Origin: Macrostomum lignano
Taxonomy: Eukaryota
DNA: 64,000 bases
Direction: 5' to 3'
Assembly (NCBI GenBank): GCA_002269645.1
Contig: NIVC01002573.1
Coordinates: forward strand, 1,116-65,115
How positions within the stretch are numbered: position 1 is the stretch's first letter; each line of letters opens with the position of its first letter. The notes under the pieces were generated by a model. The model was not told the DNA's origin and did no database searches. It worked only from the letters and a program-made list of their open reading frames with translations. Positions 51,044 through 64,000 of this stretch are shown piece by piece. Both the position numbers and the translations under genes were made by a program.

Positions 51044-51750
51044 TCAATGCAGACTGAACTTTTTCCAGTCCTCGCCAGTCTCTATATGCATTTCCACCTG
51101 CGAGTCGGTGAACAGCAGCAGTCGGCACTGTTTCAGCTTCCCATTGTACAGCGCGTGTCTGCAGCTGCGGCCGGCCCTCAGTGCGGCCGCCACGCACTGG
51201 ATGGCGCTTGAAGCGGCAACGTCATTGAAGCAGCAGTTTGAGTTCGAGTTGAAGTCGACCCGCTTGAACTGAACTCTTCGCCAGTCGAGGCAACTCCGGT
51301 TGGCTGGACTGGTCCGACTTGCTGCTCACATACGTATCCGAATTTTTGTGAGCACATTGCATTCGCCAGTTGGTTGCTGGCTAAAAGCAGCAGGCAGTCC
51401 TGGTCTCCTCCGTCTGGCTCTGAGCTCACCCACAACGAGTGATCGGTGGGCAGAACGCCCCTGCCGTTCACGAGCTGCCATCCGGATCTGCTCAATCCGC
51501 ATTCGTCGGCAAGGTCAGCCGCTCCAATCCACGCTTTGATGCCGAATGACCTCAACTTGATGACGTCATAGGACCACAGCAGCTCGCCTCCGATGAGTTG
51601 GCACTGTTGATTGGCAGCGCACCAAGTAAACCTGGTCCGCGACTCATTGAACAAGCAGGTTCCGTGCGCTGGGAAGAAAGGCGGGGGGCATGCCGAGAGT
51701 CCGAGGCCTGGCAGCAGGAGCAGCAGGAGCAGCAGCATCAGCATCATCAT
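51044..51750 (-). CDS. Secreted C-type lectin domain plus PAN/apple-like domain, ~235 aa, one frameshift at ~51270
   Basis: Leu-rich signal peptide; CLECT motifs TWCAANQQC, WIGAADL, W..SEPDGGDQDC, C...FGYVCE. Shifting frame at gag-ttc-(c)ag-ttc gives QFKRVDFNSNSNCCF..ASSAIQC...CRHALYN...CRLLLFTD...WKKFSLH* (stop at 51044). Confidence 0.8.
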
Positions 51751-52652
51751 TCGGTTAGACTAGACTAGATTAGACTAGATTAAATATTCTAAGAAAGATG
51801 TTCGGACAGGGCAGAAATCTAAATTTTTGTTTTAATTCGAGTATAAGAGTTCGTATTTCATTTTTCAAGCGGAATGGTTTTCCTACGAGAGTATATGGGT
51901 TCTCGACTACATCTAGAAGTAGGTTGTTGTTGCAGTATACATACAAACTTCTGTCAAATCGTCTTTTCCTGAAGTGACTGAAGTATTATTCACCTACTCC
52001 CGCTGAGCTTCAGACTCAAAGACCTGACATAGGGAGAAGTGGCTGAGAGTCTGCTTTAGTCTGCTTTTTTGACTTTCCAGACTGTGGATAACTTGAGCAG
52101 TTGTTATATCAATATGCAAGATAGCGATTGCGAGAAAGCAGTTGAAATCCTTAATACTCATAAGTAGTACGTACACACAGTTTATCAATAAAACATAGTG
52201 CTTAGAGTGTTCCACCTCTGTCACTAAAAACATTGGAATTCTTGATCTGTCACTCTGATTGATGCAAAAACTCAGTTGATTACAGTTTCAAATCCCGATC
52301 ATTACAATAAAACTGGTGATCTCAGTCCGGACACAATCAGTGATTTGCACTTTTAGCTTCCTCTTACTGGCGATATTGGCTCGCTATAGTAACTCTGTAC
52401 TCTTTGGTTGCCATTGTGGGACAGCAGAAAGGACTGTGTACTCGTATTGAGTAAAGCCAAAAGCCCGATGAATTTTAATATGAGACTCATTTTTTAATTA
52501 GTCTCATAAAGAGAAATGATGTCATTTAAAACGGAAATGGATAATTTCAGCCTAGTTTAGAACGCTTCACCCGAACTAGTAGAAATTTTATCAATCTGCT
52601 TCGCTCAGACTGCGGTTATCTGACTTTATTTTTAGTTTGAAAATCTAAATTA

Positions 52653-54873
52653 TGATGTAACAACGCTCTGGTCGCGGGATAGGGCAGGGGAACTTTTTCG
52701 AAAGTGCCTCCTTATCGCCGTGCACCCCCTGCACAGAGCTGTTGAGACTCGGCCAGGTGTTCGACCAGGCCTGGAGACTCCCGCTCTGCTGCACCCCCTG
52801 CTGCCTTGGCTCCGTCTCCCCTGCCGCCACACTTGCCTTTCCGGAGCTCCCCCTCCCTCTTTGTACCTCCCCCTCTACCTTATCTCCCCTGCGCGCCTCC
52901 CTATTCTTTATGTACTTTTCCTGTCCCCTCTTTTTGTCTCTTTCTGCACTATCTTTCTGCGCTGTCCCCCCTTTCTCTGCGTCTACTTACAGTATTTTGT
53001 GCGCTCACCGTCACCCCATCCCTTCTCAAACTCCCAAACGGTGACGCAAGTCGTGTGACCCCTTCTTACCCTCGATGACTCATCGATGACTCATCCCCTC
53101 TCTTGCGCAACCTTTTCTCACGCTATTGTTCTCCTCCCCAAATTTCTCATGCGACACCCACCCCACCTCCGCTTCTATTGTTCTCGTTTTTGATTCTTTT
53201 GTTCTCTTTACCCCCACTAATTATCACATTTTCTCCGATTTTCTCTTTCTATTGTTCTCGTTTTCGCACCTAATTATCACCTTTTCTCCAATGTTTTCTT
53301 TTTTATTGTTCTCGATTCTCTCCAATTATCCCCGATTTCCAATTCCTTTGTTCTCGACCCCAGCCCCATTGTTCTCAATGTTTGCTTGCGCAACACTTTT
53401 GCGACCTCCCGCTGCGCCAATTATCCCCCACCCACCTCTCCGGATTGCGCAATTCTCCCATTTCTCATGTTGCTATGCCGGTCTCATGCTTCTCATCATG
53501 ACTCATTCTGACGTCATTCTGCCGGCAGCCAATCAGAGAGAGGGAGTCATGGAAACGACCTTGGAGCGGCGGCTGGGAAGGCTATATAAGGAAGCGGTTT
53601 TCGGCATGAGAATCTTTAGCCGGTTCACGTTTCCCGTCTTGGGCGTCGTCTTCTCAAGCGTCCTATTGTGGACTTGCTGTCAGACCTTGATCTGACCTAT
53701 TCGTCTACAAGGCGAACCCCTGCCTGTCCGCGGTCTGTTACCGCCAAGTTATCTTCAGCTCCCCAAGCGAGCTCGCCTATCGGCCAGCGGTCTGATACCG
53801 CTCAGCATCATCAGCATCGCCTGATCTACACCAGCGTCTCGTTGCTTCAGCGCATCGCCGCTTCACTGCCTGCCTGACTGCAGCCTACAGCCGCCCTCGG
53901 TCACTCCGTCTCTCTCTCTCTCTCTGTGCAGCTGCCGGTAAGTTCCTGTTACTAATTTGTGCTCTAATCGCCTTGCTTATCCGGGGTCTGCCTATTTTTC
54001 CATTGCTTGACTAGAGAGCTGAGCCAATTGTGATACCGTAACTTTTTGCTGTATTTTACTCAATAGTGAAGCCGCCTGATTGCCTGATTATTTGCCTAAG
54101 GGCCTAATTATTAACTATTAACTAACCTCATCATTATTCACTCTTTCACCATCATTTCACTCATGGCTTGCTAAGCCTTTCTCCCGGGGTGGCAAAGCAT
54201 AAGGAAGTTTGGGTAAGCTAATGGCCTCTCCCCGTGCAAAGCTCGCCTGTGAGTGCGTGCTGCGGGGCCGCGTGTGCGTGCAGTAGAGGGATTAGCGAGT
54301 CTTGGCACAGAATGGCAGTAGGAAGGTTGCACCCCCTTCGCCCTGAGCAATCTAAACTATAGACAGTACATGTTCACCTCATACTACTCTTAGTAATCAA
54401 AGTCGCAAGTCAGCCTCGCTCACAGCCACAAAGGATCCCCTGCTGAGAAATCCTCCAGATTGAGCCCAGAGTTTCCGATCATGCCCCAAGCAGAGTCCCT
54501 GTACTCGGCTGCATGTGTCTCCCCTGTTAGCCTAAATCTCCTGGTAACCATCCCTCGAGAGGTCTGGTAGAGCCTCGAGAGGTCTGGTAGAAAGATCCAG
54601 GTGCGCCAGGTCACATAGAGTGGTGGCAGCCACTCGGTCATACTATGACCGAGTGATTAACTATTGCACCTTGGCTGCAGGCGGAGTCCATGTGGGTCCT
54701 TGGCCCTCTGGTCACGAAGCGCTACCAAAGCTATCTATCATGTGGGCGGGACAGTCTGGTGCTGGAGGTCCGTCAGGTCATTGCCCGGTCATAGGCAGCC
54801 TACGGTCATTGCCCCCTCTAGCCAGGTGTTCGTCTCTCAACGGAGCGGACAGGCGACAAGGGCGGTTACATCA
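52653..54873 (+). mobile_element. Solo LTR, 2221 bp (Gypsy-like by termini and TSD length)
   Basis: Termini TGATGTAAC...GTTACATCA (9-bp inverted repeat) flanked by a 4-bp duplication ATTA (52649-52 / 54874-77). No PBS, PPT or pol next to it. Orientation taken from the promoter motifs. Confidence 0.8.
53076..53589 (+). promoter_or_regulatory. Pol II promoter motif cluster inside the LTR: AP-1 x3, CRE, CCAAT, TATA
   Basis: TGACTCA at 53076, 53087 and 53499; TGACGTCA at 53509; CCAAT at 53529; TATATAA at 53583. Motif match only, activity untested. Confidence 0.6.
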
Positions 54874-55038
54874 ATTATAAAAACTTTTTAGAAAGTAGTG
54901 CGATAGCCGTCACAGCGGAATAAGCTGTAATTTTCTATTAAAACAATTGTAGGGTTTACTGAATAAATCCATAACCTAAAAATGTAAAACTTAATCGCAA
55001 CTGCAGAATTCCGTCATGTATTAGACATAGGCATGTAG

Positions 55039-56645
55039 TCATCCAGAAGCGGTCTGCTGGATCCAGCTGGTGTACATCTGCACTCGAGTGTACACTCCCG
55101 GTCGCTGGGGCTTGGCGCAGCCCTCGCCCCAGCTCGTGATGCCCTGCAGGTACCAGACTCCGCCGGACTTGCACACCAGCGGCCCGCCGGAGTCGCCCTG
55201 GCACGCGTCCTTGCCGCCCTGCTCGTAGCCGGCGCACACCATGTAGCTGGTGATGGCGCCTCCGTAATGCGACGCGTCGCCGCAGATCGAGTTGGGTACG
55301 ATCGGCACCATCACCTGCAGCAGCCTGGTGTTGTCCCCAGTGCCCTGCGTGCTGCCCCAGCCTGTGGCGAAACAGCTGGCCATGTTCGACACCGGCGAGC
55401 TCGGCAGGCACACCGGAGACACCTGCGAGTTGAACTGGAACGGCCGGTCCACCCGCATCATGGCCAGGTCCTGGTTAGTCCGGCTCGAGTCGTAGTTCGG
55501 ATATCGAACTACCTGCGTCACCTTGCGTCTCTGCAGCGTCGCCTCAGTGCAGTCCCGGCAGTGTCGTCCCGCGTCAACGCCCCACATCGACGGCGACATG
55601 TAGTTCTCGACGCAGTGCGCGGCCGTGATGATCCAGTTAGCGTTGTAGATGCTGCCGCCGCAGAAGTGGCCGCCGAAGAGACGCAGCGACACCATCCAGG
55701 GCCAGCTGTTCTTGACAGCCTCCTTGCCGCCCACGATGCGAGTTTCGTCTGGCGGGATGGCGGGCCTGCCACAGCCTGACGGTGCTGGAAAGAAATTTTT
55801 AACAAAATTTTAATCTAATAATTAAAGAATAGAAGCTCTAAATAAACTTTTTGATGCGTTTCATTCTTACATGGCGGCTTCGTTGTGGTGATGGGCGACA
55901 CTGTGGTTGTAGTCACCGGTGGCCTGGCAGTTGTTGTCGTCTGGCCTCCACAAACCTCATCACTGCCATCTGAGCAGTCTCTGAAGCCATCGCACCACCA
56001 CTGGTTGAAGATGCATTTGGAGTTGTCCTTGCAGGGTCGCTGGTTTATCGGGCAGTCCAGCGTAATCGAGCAATACTTCTCATCGGAGCCGTCTGGACAG
56101 TCTTTGATGCCGTCGCACTTCCACTTTGAAGGGTAGCAGAATCCTCCAAATCGGCAGGAAATATAGCCACTTGGGCAGGGCACTCTGGTGCGGTACTCGT
56201 CGTTTGACACGAATCGGTAGCGCAGCTGGAAGCCAGACTTCTGCAGGTAGGAATCGCTTTTGAATACCAGCAGTATCGACGAGGACTGCGACAGAACCGA
56301 CCAGGAGCCGCCGCCGCAGAAGCGACCAAGGACGGAGCTGGAGTCATTCCAGCCGTCGTACACAATCAGAGAGTCGCTCGAACACTCCGATGTGTACTCG
56401 AGGTCGAAAGAGACTGAAATCACCTCGATGTGGTAGCTCGGGCCGTCGGCGCGGATGAAGTAGCGGCAAGTCGAGTCCGCGTCGTATGGAGTGCGGCCGA
56501 ACAGGCGGTGGGAGGCGATGACTCCCTGGTTCGTCTGGTACAGAATATCGACGCCACAGTTCTTTTCGCTGGCAGTAGCCACTTCTTGGGCAGCGGCTGC
56601 AGACAGCAGGGCTGGACACAGTGCCAGCACGAATACCAAACTCAT
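55039..56645 (-). CDS. Secreted CUB-LDLa-LDLa-(Thr/Pro linker)-trypsin-like serine protease, copy A, intact
   Basis: Exons 56645-55871 and 55784-55039 (phase 1). Activation site R-IVGG; triad TAAHC / QDLAM / GDSGGP; S1 Asp (KDACQG). Confidence 0.93.
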
Positions 56646-56986
56646 TGTGCTTAACTTGTGTTTGGAAATTCAAAATACTTATTAAGAATTCACCCGTGCA
56701 GAACCGCATTTAAATATTCTTAGCGGAGAGGGTAATTATCAGCTAATTGCTTGCAGGTCAGGTAAAATTTTCTCTCACAATTAAAAACTGCAGGTGCTAA
56801 TTTTCCGCAGTGATGCAATAATGGTGAGAAGGTTTTCCTCAGTAAGCATTTCCTTAACCTCCAAATGTTCCCGGCCGAAACACACAGCTCCACTCCATTG
56901 TCGAGATCAATGCGATTCCGAAATTTACGTCTTCCGGCTTCGACTTCCAAAGTCAGTGCCGGGATGATTGCTGCTGGGAAGGATTT

Positions 56987-58890
<1,904 letters not shown>

Positions 58891-60599
58891 TGGAAAGAGA
58901 AATACAATGAGGTCGCGTAGATTAAATTCTCAGAACAACTTAGAGGCTCTGTCCTGAATCGACCTGGATTGCTTTCAACAGCAGAAACACAGAAAACGGC
59001 CTCACGGCAGTGCCGGCAGATTTTGCTGAGGCTGCAATAATCCGGATGAGAAGCAAGCGATGCAGAAAATCAAGGTACGAGCTCAGCTTCATTATCCGTC
59101 ACTCGTGCAGAGCAATCGGTTATCAGTGATGGAAAATCTGCAAAAAGAATGCTTTGCAGAACTCACTGAGTCTGAAATATTTGTCTTGATAGCTGGAATC
59201 CTTTCGGAGTGTTTTATGGCCCTGCCCTCTGTTTCCTCGGATCATATACAAAGGCTTTGGTGTATTTCTTGTTTAAACTGTGCAGTTGCTGCGTGCTAAT
59301 AATAATGGAAAATTAAAATCAATCCTAAACAGATGTTTCTAAAAATGGTTACTATCTACCTCGGGTCAAAGGGTCACGCCAGGGCTACCATCTGCAAAAG
59401 AGTTCTCATATGACACTTGCATATCCATGCCATGTGATTTTTTCTTACTCAAAATGGTGATCTGCGGCCTTATAAGTATAGAACTCCTTTGCAATAACGT
59501 TAATCTTTTTCACAGATTTTCCCCAAGATAGTATCATTCTTATTCATTTATCCGTTTTGTTTTTCTTGAAGTGACCCCTTTGGAATTTAGAATAGCGGCA
59601 GAATTACATTTCAAAACCTGCTTACCCATGCAAATGAGAGTTCTCAGGGAGTTGGGGATTAGCTATTCAGCTCAATGTCACGCCAAACCTAGCTGTTTGG
59701 GAGGTAGATTAGTAGCATTGATTTTCTTTCCAATTCCACTGCGTGATTTAATGTACGTGTTTATTATTCAATTTTCTATGTACGCTGATTTAGCCCAGGC
59801 CCATCTCACCCACCCCCCTCCACGCTGGCTGATTCTGACTGACTGCAATAAATATATCATCGAGAGGGCTTATTAGCCCTGTGTACGGTTTACGCTTTTC
59901 GTTTTGTTAGCGTCTCGCTTGAGCCTCAGCTCCAAAACAGTTTGGCGGACCATCGGTCTTTTCATTTCTACAGTACACTAGCCTCTCTATCCGAGAATCT
60001 TTCTCGCCCTGAATTAAAAATTTTCTGATGCAAATATTGCGCATAAATTAGCATAGACAGCTCTGAGGTTGGTAGGTACGATGGATAAAATTCAAATCCG
60101 ATTGTTGCTTCTCAAGTCAGTCATTGCAGCATAAATTGTTACTCAGGACAACAAGCCTGGCATGAGGAAGATCTCTTATAAGTTTCCTTTCCTTATTAGC
60201 CCGTAATTTTAAAACAGTTTTTTTTACTTTGGAAAAGTTTTCCCCAAAGACACTACGTATAAGCAAAGTTTTCCAATTTTCGGAACTCCAAGGTTCAGCG
60301 AGGGTTTACCCTCGTAACCCTGCTTGAGACGTGCAAATACTTTTGCACGTGCAACCAATACAGTAATTATAATATTGATTGAGTCACCGCTCAGTTGCAG
60401 TCGGTGACTGGATGGGCACGTTAAATAAATTTAATTGCAGGCAGCTTGTACACCTGTGAGCAATTTATTAATTGTACATCAATTAAACTGTGCAGTATAA
60501 GTATGCGACAATCGGCTGCTTGCAAACTAAGGCTACAATTTCAAGTTGTCAAGCCTTCTTACCTTGCTATAGGTACTAATAGGTACTATCAAAGTAGCC

Positions 60600-62272
60600 A
60601 TGCGACTGCCTAAACTGTTGCCATTGCTTCTAATTGGAGGACTGGCGACATTGAATGTCGCAATTGCCGACGAACTTAACTGCGGCGTCAACCTGCTGTA
60701 CGAGACGGACCAGACCGTGATAGCGTCGCACCGGCTCTACGGCCGGAAGTCCTACCAGCCGAATTCTGTCTGCCGGTACATCATCCGCGCCTGGAGCCCC
60801 GACTACCGCATCGAGATCACATCGGTGAGTTTTGACCTCGAGTACACTTCCGAGTGTACGGGCGATTCCCTGACTGTCTATTCGGGCGGAAACGATTCGA
60901 GTCCTGTGCTGGGCCGATTCTGCGGATCCCTAGACTGGTCGGTGCTCACGCAGAGCTCGTTTGTGGCTCTTGTGTTCTCTAGCGATGCCTACCTGGAGAA
61001 AGGCGGCTTCCAGCTGCGGTACCGGTTCGTGTCCAAAGACGAGTACCAGAAGCGAATCGCTTGTCCAAATGGCTACTTGGCCTGCAACAGTGGCAACGGC
61101 TGCTACCCATCCAAGTGGAAGTGCGACGGAATCAAAGACTGCAAGGACGGATCGGACGAACAATTCTGCACGAGCACGCTTACCTGTCCAAGTGGCCAGG
61201 TTGCCTGCAAGGATAACTCCAAATGCATTTTTTCTGGCTGGTGGTGCGATGGCTTTCGCGACTGTGGTGATGGCAGCGATGAGACAAGCTGCAGCGGCGG
61301 TGGCAATACCGGTGGCAATACTGGTGGAGGCACTGGAGGCAGCACCGGTGGAAGTACGGGGGAAGCACTGGAGGCGGCACAGGTGGCGGGACACGTAAGT
61401 TAACGTCTTTTAAGGTCTTTTCAACTCACTCAACGCAATCATGAATTTTCCGGTACTCGGATAGCAGCTTTCTTGCACTTGAATTACGCCAGACCAGTAA
61501 CTCAATGCAATTTACTTTGCTCTTGCAGCACCTTCGGGCTGTGGCACGCCAGCCATCCCGCCAGACGAAACTCGCATCGTGGGCGGCAAGGAGGCTGTCA
61601 AGAACAGCTGGCCCTGGATGGTGTCGCTGCGTCTCTTCGGCGGCCACTTCTGCGGCGGCAGCATCTACAACGCTAACTGGATCATCACGGCCGCGCACTG
61701 CGTCGAGAACTACATGTCGCCGTCGATGTGGGGCGTTGACGCGGGACGACACTGCCGGGACTGCACTGAGGCGACGCTGCAGAGACGCAAGGTGACGCAG
61801 GTAGTTCGATATCCGAACTACGACTCGAGCCGGACTAACCAGGACCTGGCCATGATGCGGGTGGACGGCCGTTCCAGTTCAACTCGCAGGTGTCTCCGGT
61901 GTGCCTGCCGAGCTCGCCGGTGTCGAACATGGCCAGCTGTTTCGCCACAGGCTGGGGCAGCACGCAGGGCACTGGGGACAACACCAGGCTGCTGCAGGTG
62001 ATGGTGCCGATCGTACCCAACTCGATCTGCGGCGACGCGTCGCATTACGGAGGCGCCATCACCAGCTACATGGTGTGCGCCGGCTACGAGCAGGGCGGCA
62101 AGGACGCGTGCCAGGGCGACTCCGGCGGGCCGCTCGTGTGCAAGTCCGGCGGAGTCTGGTACCTGCAGGGCATCACGAGCTGGGGCGAGGGCTGCGCCAA
62201 GCCCAGCGACCGGGAGTGTATACTCGAGTGCAGATGTACACCAGCTGGATCCAGCAGACCGCTTCTGGATGA
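60600..62272 (+). CDS. Secreted CUB-LDLa-LDLa-(Gly/Thr linker)-trypsin-like serine protease, copy B; three single-base frameshifts
   Basis: Exons 60600-61394 and 61529-62272. Missing G at ~61360 (restoring it gives the phase-1 junction) and missing C at ~61866 and ~62203 relative to copy A. Confidence 0.88.
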
Positions 62273-63519
62273 GCTGCGAACAACTTGATACTTTTGTTGA
62301 TTGCTGTCGGCTCTGCAGATTTCTGATCGGATGCAAATCATTATAGTGATAAGTTTAATGAGTTGTCAGGGTATTTGTTTGTTCATTTTATCATAGTCGA
62401 ATTTTTCTCAATAATATAGTATCTTTCATAGGCCTTTTAATCGTTGTTGCTTACTGAGCAGCCTCCCCTACTCTCCTATAAAGTCTGCTCTAATGGGTTT
62501 TGGAAATATATCCTTAAAAGTAATAGAACTCACTGTGATCTTATTTTTCGTGCCACATCCTATACTTAAATTTTTTGCTTGAGTGACCATGATAATTAAA
62601 TTTTAAGCCGAGGCTAATCAGTAAGAGATTTCACATGGTCACTTTGTATGCTAGCTCCTTTAGCACTTGAAATCGTGTTCCATAATCGTCATCGCCTCTT
62701 GAGCGGCCTGTTTCCGGGATTTTTTAATAGCGGTGCTCCTTAATTTTCCTGATCGGTTTGCATTCTACGAGGAACAAATGAAATTTATCGGTCTGGCTTT
62801 TGAATTTGCGTCTTAACACGCCGAATTTCTAGCCGTTTCGAAGTGTTACTTCCGACGGTAGCTCCAGACATGTTTTACTGAGAAGCACATTAAAAGTTCT
62901 TCTGTACCCGTGTGGAGCAGTTGTTGGGATTCGCAAGCCTTTGCAGGCAAAAGTGGACTGGATAGAATTTTAACCCCACCCCACCCCCCCCCCACGCATT
63001 AGGGGTGACGTTCTGACGCTCCACCTGTCAGCAGGGAAGCTTCCATTGTCTTTCACCTGGGCGGCTGGCCCAGTACAGGCCTCTGGAAGGCTAAGGATTC
63101 AAGACTGCGCGAGAACAAAACCTCACGCGGGCAAGTGAAGAGGGATCGATGCATACTGAGACACAATTCATAAGACGCAACGCATCTGCATGCTGTGACA
63201 GAAAGCAGCATGAAGGGTAGCAGTTCTCGTGGCCTTGCCCGCCTTCTCTACCTGGGAATGAAATCGTAGATGCGTGATGGAGAACTTTCTTTCTAGGGAG
63301 TTTCCCCACGCCTCTCCCTACTTTGTGGTGTTTTTTGTTCACACCACCATCTACTATGCTCCCCCTTCGTACTTCACGGACATAAAGACTGGATATCGCC
63401 GTGTCTGGCTGCTTTTTTAGTCCTGATTTTCCTATTTTAAAACTGGCTGAAAGTTTGTCATTTCTAAGGAAAACTTCTAATTTCAGTAAACTCAAAAAAG
63501 CACATGAATTTTGTTTAAC

Positions 63520-63763
63520 TATTCAAACATCCACTCCGAGCGTGCAATGTTGTGACAGCATATTCAAACATCCACTCCGAGCGTGCAATGTTGTGACAGC
63601 ATATTCAAACATCCACTCCGAGCGTGCAATGTTGTGACAGCATATTCAAACATCCACTCCGAGCGTGCAATGTTGTGACAGCATATTCAAACATCCACTC
63701 CGAGCGTGCAATGTTGTGACAGCATATTCAACATCCACTCCGAGCGTGCAATGTTGTGACAGC
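63520..63763. repeat. 41-nt minisatellite (atattcaaacatccactccgagcgtgcaatgttgtgacagc), ~6 units
   Basis: Units start at 63521, 63562, 63603 and so on. Confidence 0.96.
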
Positions 63764-64000
63764 AAATACTGGCAAAAATCCAATCAAATAAGGGTAAGCG
63801 TGCCTGCACTCTCAGATTCTTCCCAAGTAAAATAATATCTAAAATACCGCCGTAGGTCTGTAAGCCTGTACTTTCCGCTCTGGTATTAATTTCAGCTGAT
63901 GCATCCACAAACATACGGCCTGAGGCCTTCGCTTATCTCTGCTTCTCACTTCTCTCTCCTATTTTGTTTTTCCTCTTTCTGGCTTCGCTCTCGACTTCTC

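Noticed and set aside
62995-63110. HDV-like ribozyme (gcc-ttccaga-ggc on -, ggctaagg on +)
   Set aside because: Could not assemble consistent P1 and P2 pairings on either strand.

Overview
Eukaryotic, spliced, minisatellite-rich animal DNA. GC-rich exons, an array in most long introns and a C-type-lectin/PAN gene are consistent with a free-living flatworm such as Macrostomum; this is an inference, not a database match. Genes: serine palmitoyltransferase SPTLC2 (-) head-to-head with an ANO8-like anoctamin (+); an orphan gene (-); two paralogous coiled-coil ORFs of no family I recognise (+); two tandem ABCA5-like transporters (-); a CLECT-PAN lectin (-); and two divergently oriented CUB-LDLa-LDLa-trypsin proteases. 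Mobile DNA: tRNA-derived SINEs (one MetaSINE-like), an internally deleted Tc1 with 140-bp TIRs, a decayed Penelope-like element with a hammerhead motif, and a 2.2-kb solo LTR. Strongest unexplained observations: (1) a 1853-bp element made mostly of a 17-nt minisatellite, with a Helitron-like hairpin+CTAG end, inserted into the Penelope endonuclease frame with a perfect 10-bp near-palindromic target duplication; (2) near-complete homogenisation of only the protease-domain coding segment between the two inverted protease paralogs; (3) a solo LTR carrying three AP-1 sites, a CRE, CCAAT and TATA; (4) short cores shared between otherwise different minisatellites. At least seven single-base deletions in C/G runs break otherwise intact genes and are most likely long-read errors. 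All coordinates were read by eye and may be off by a few bases at repeat edges.
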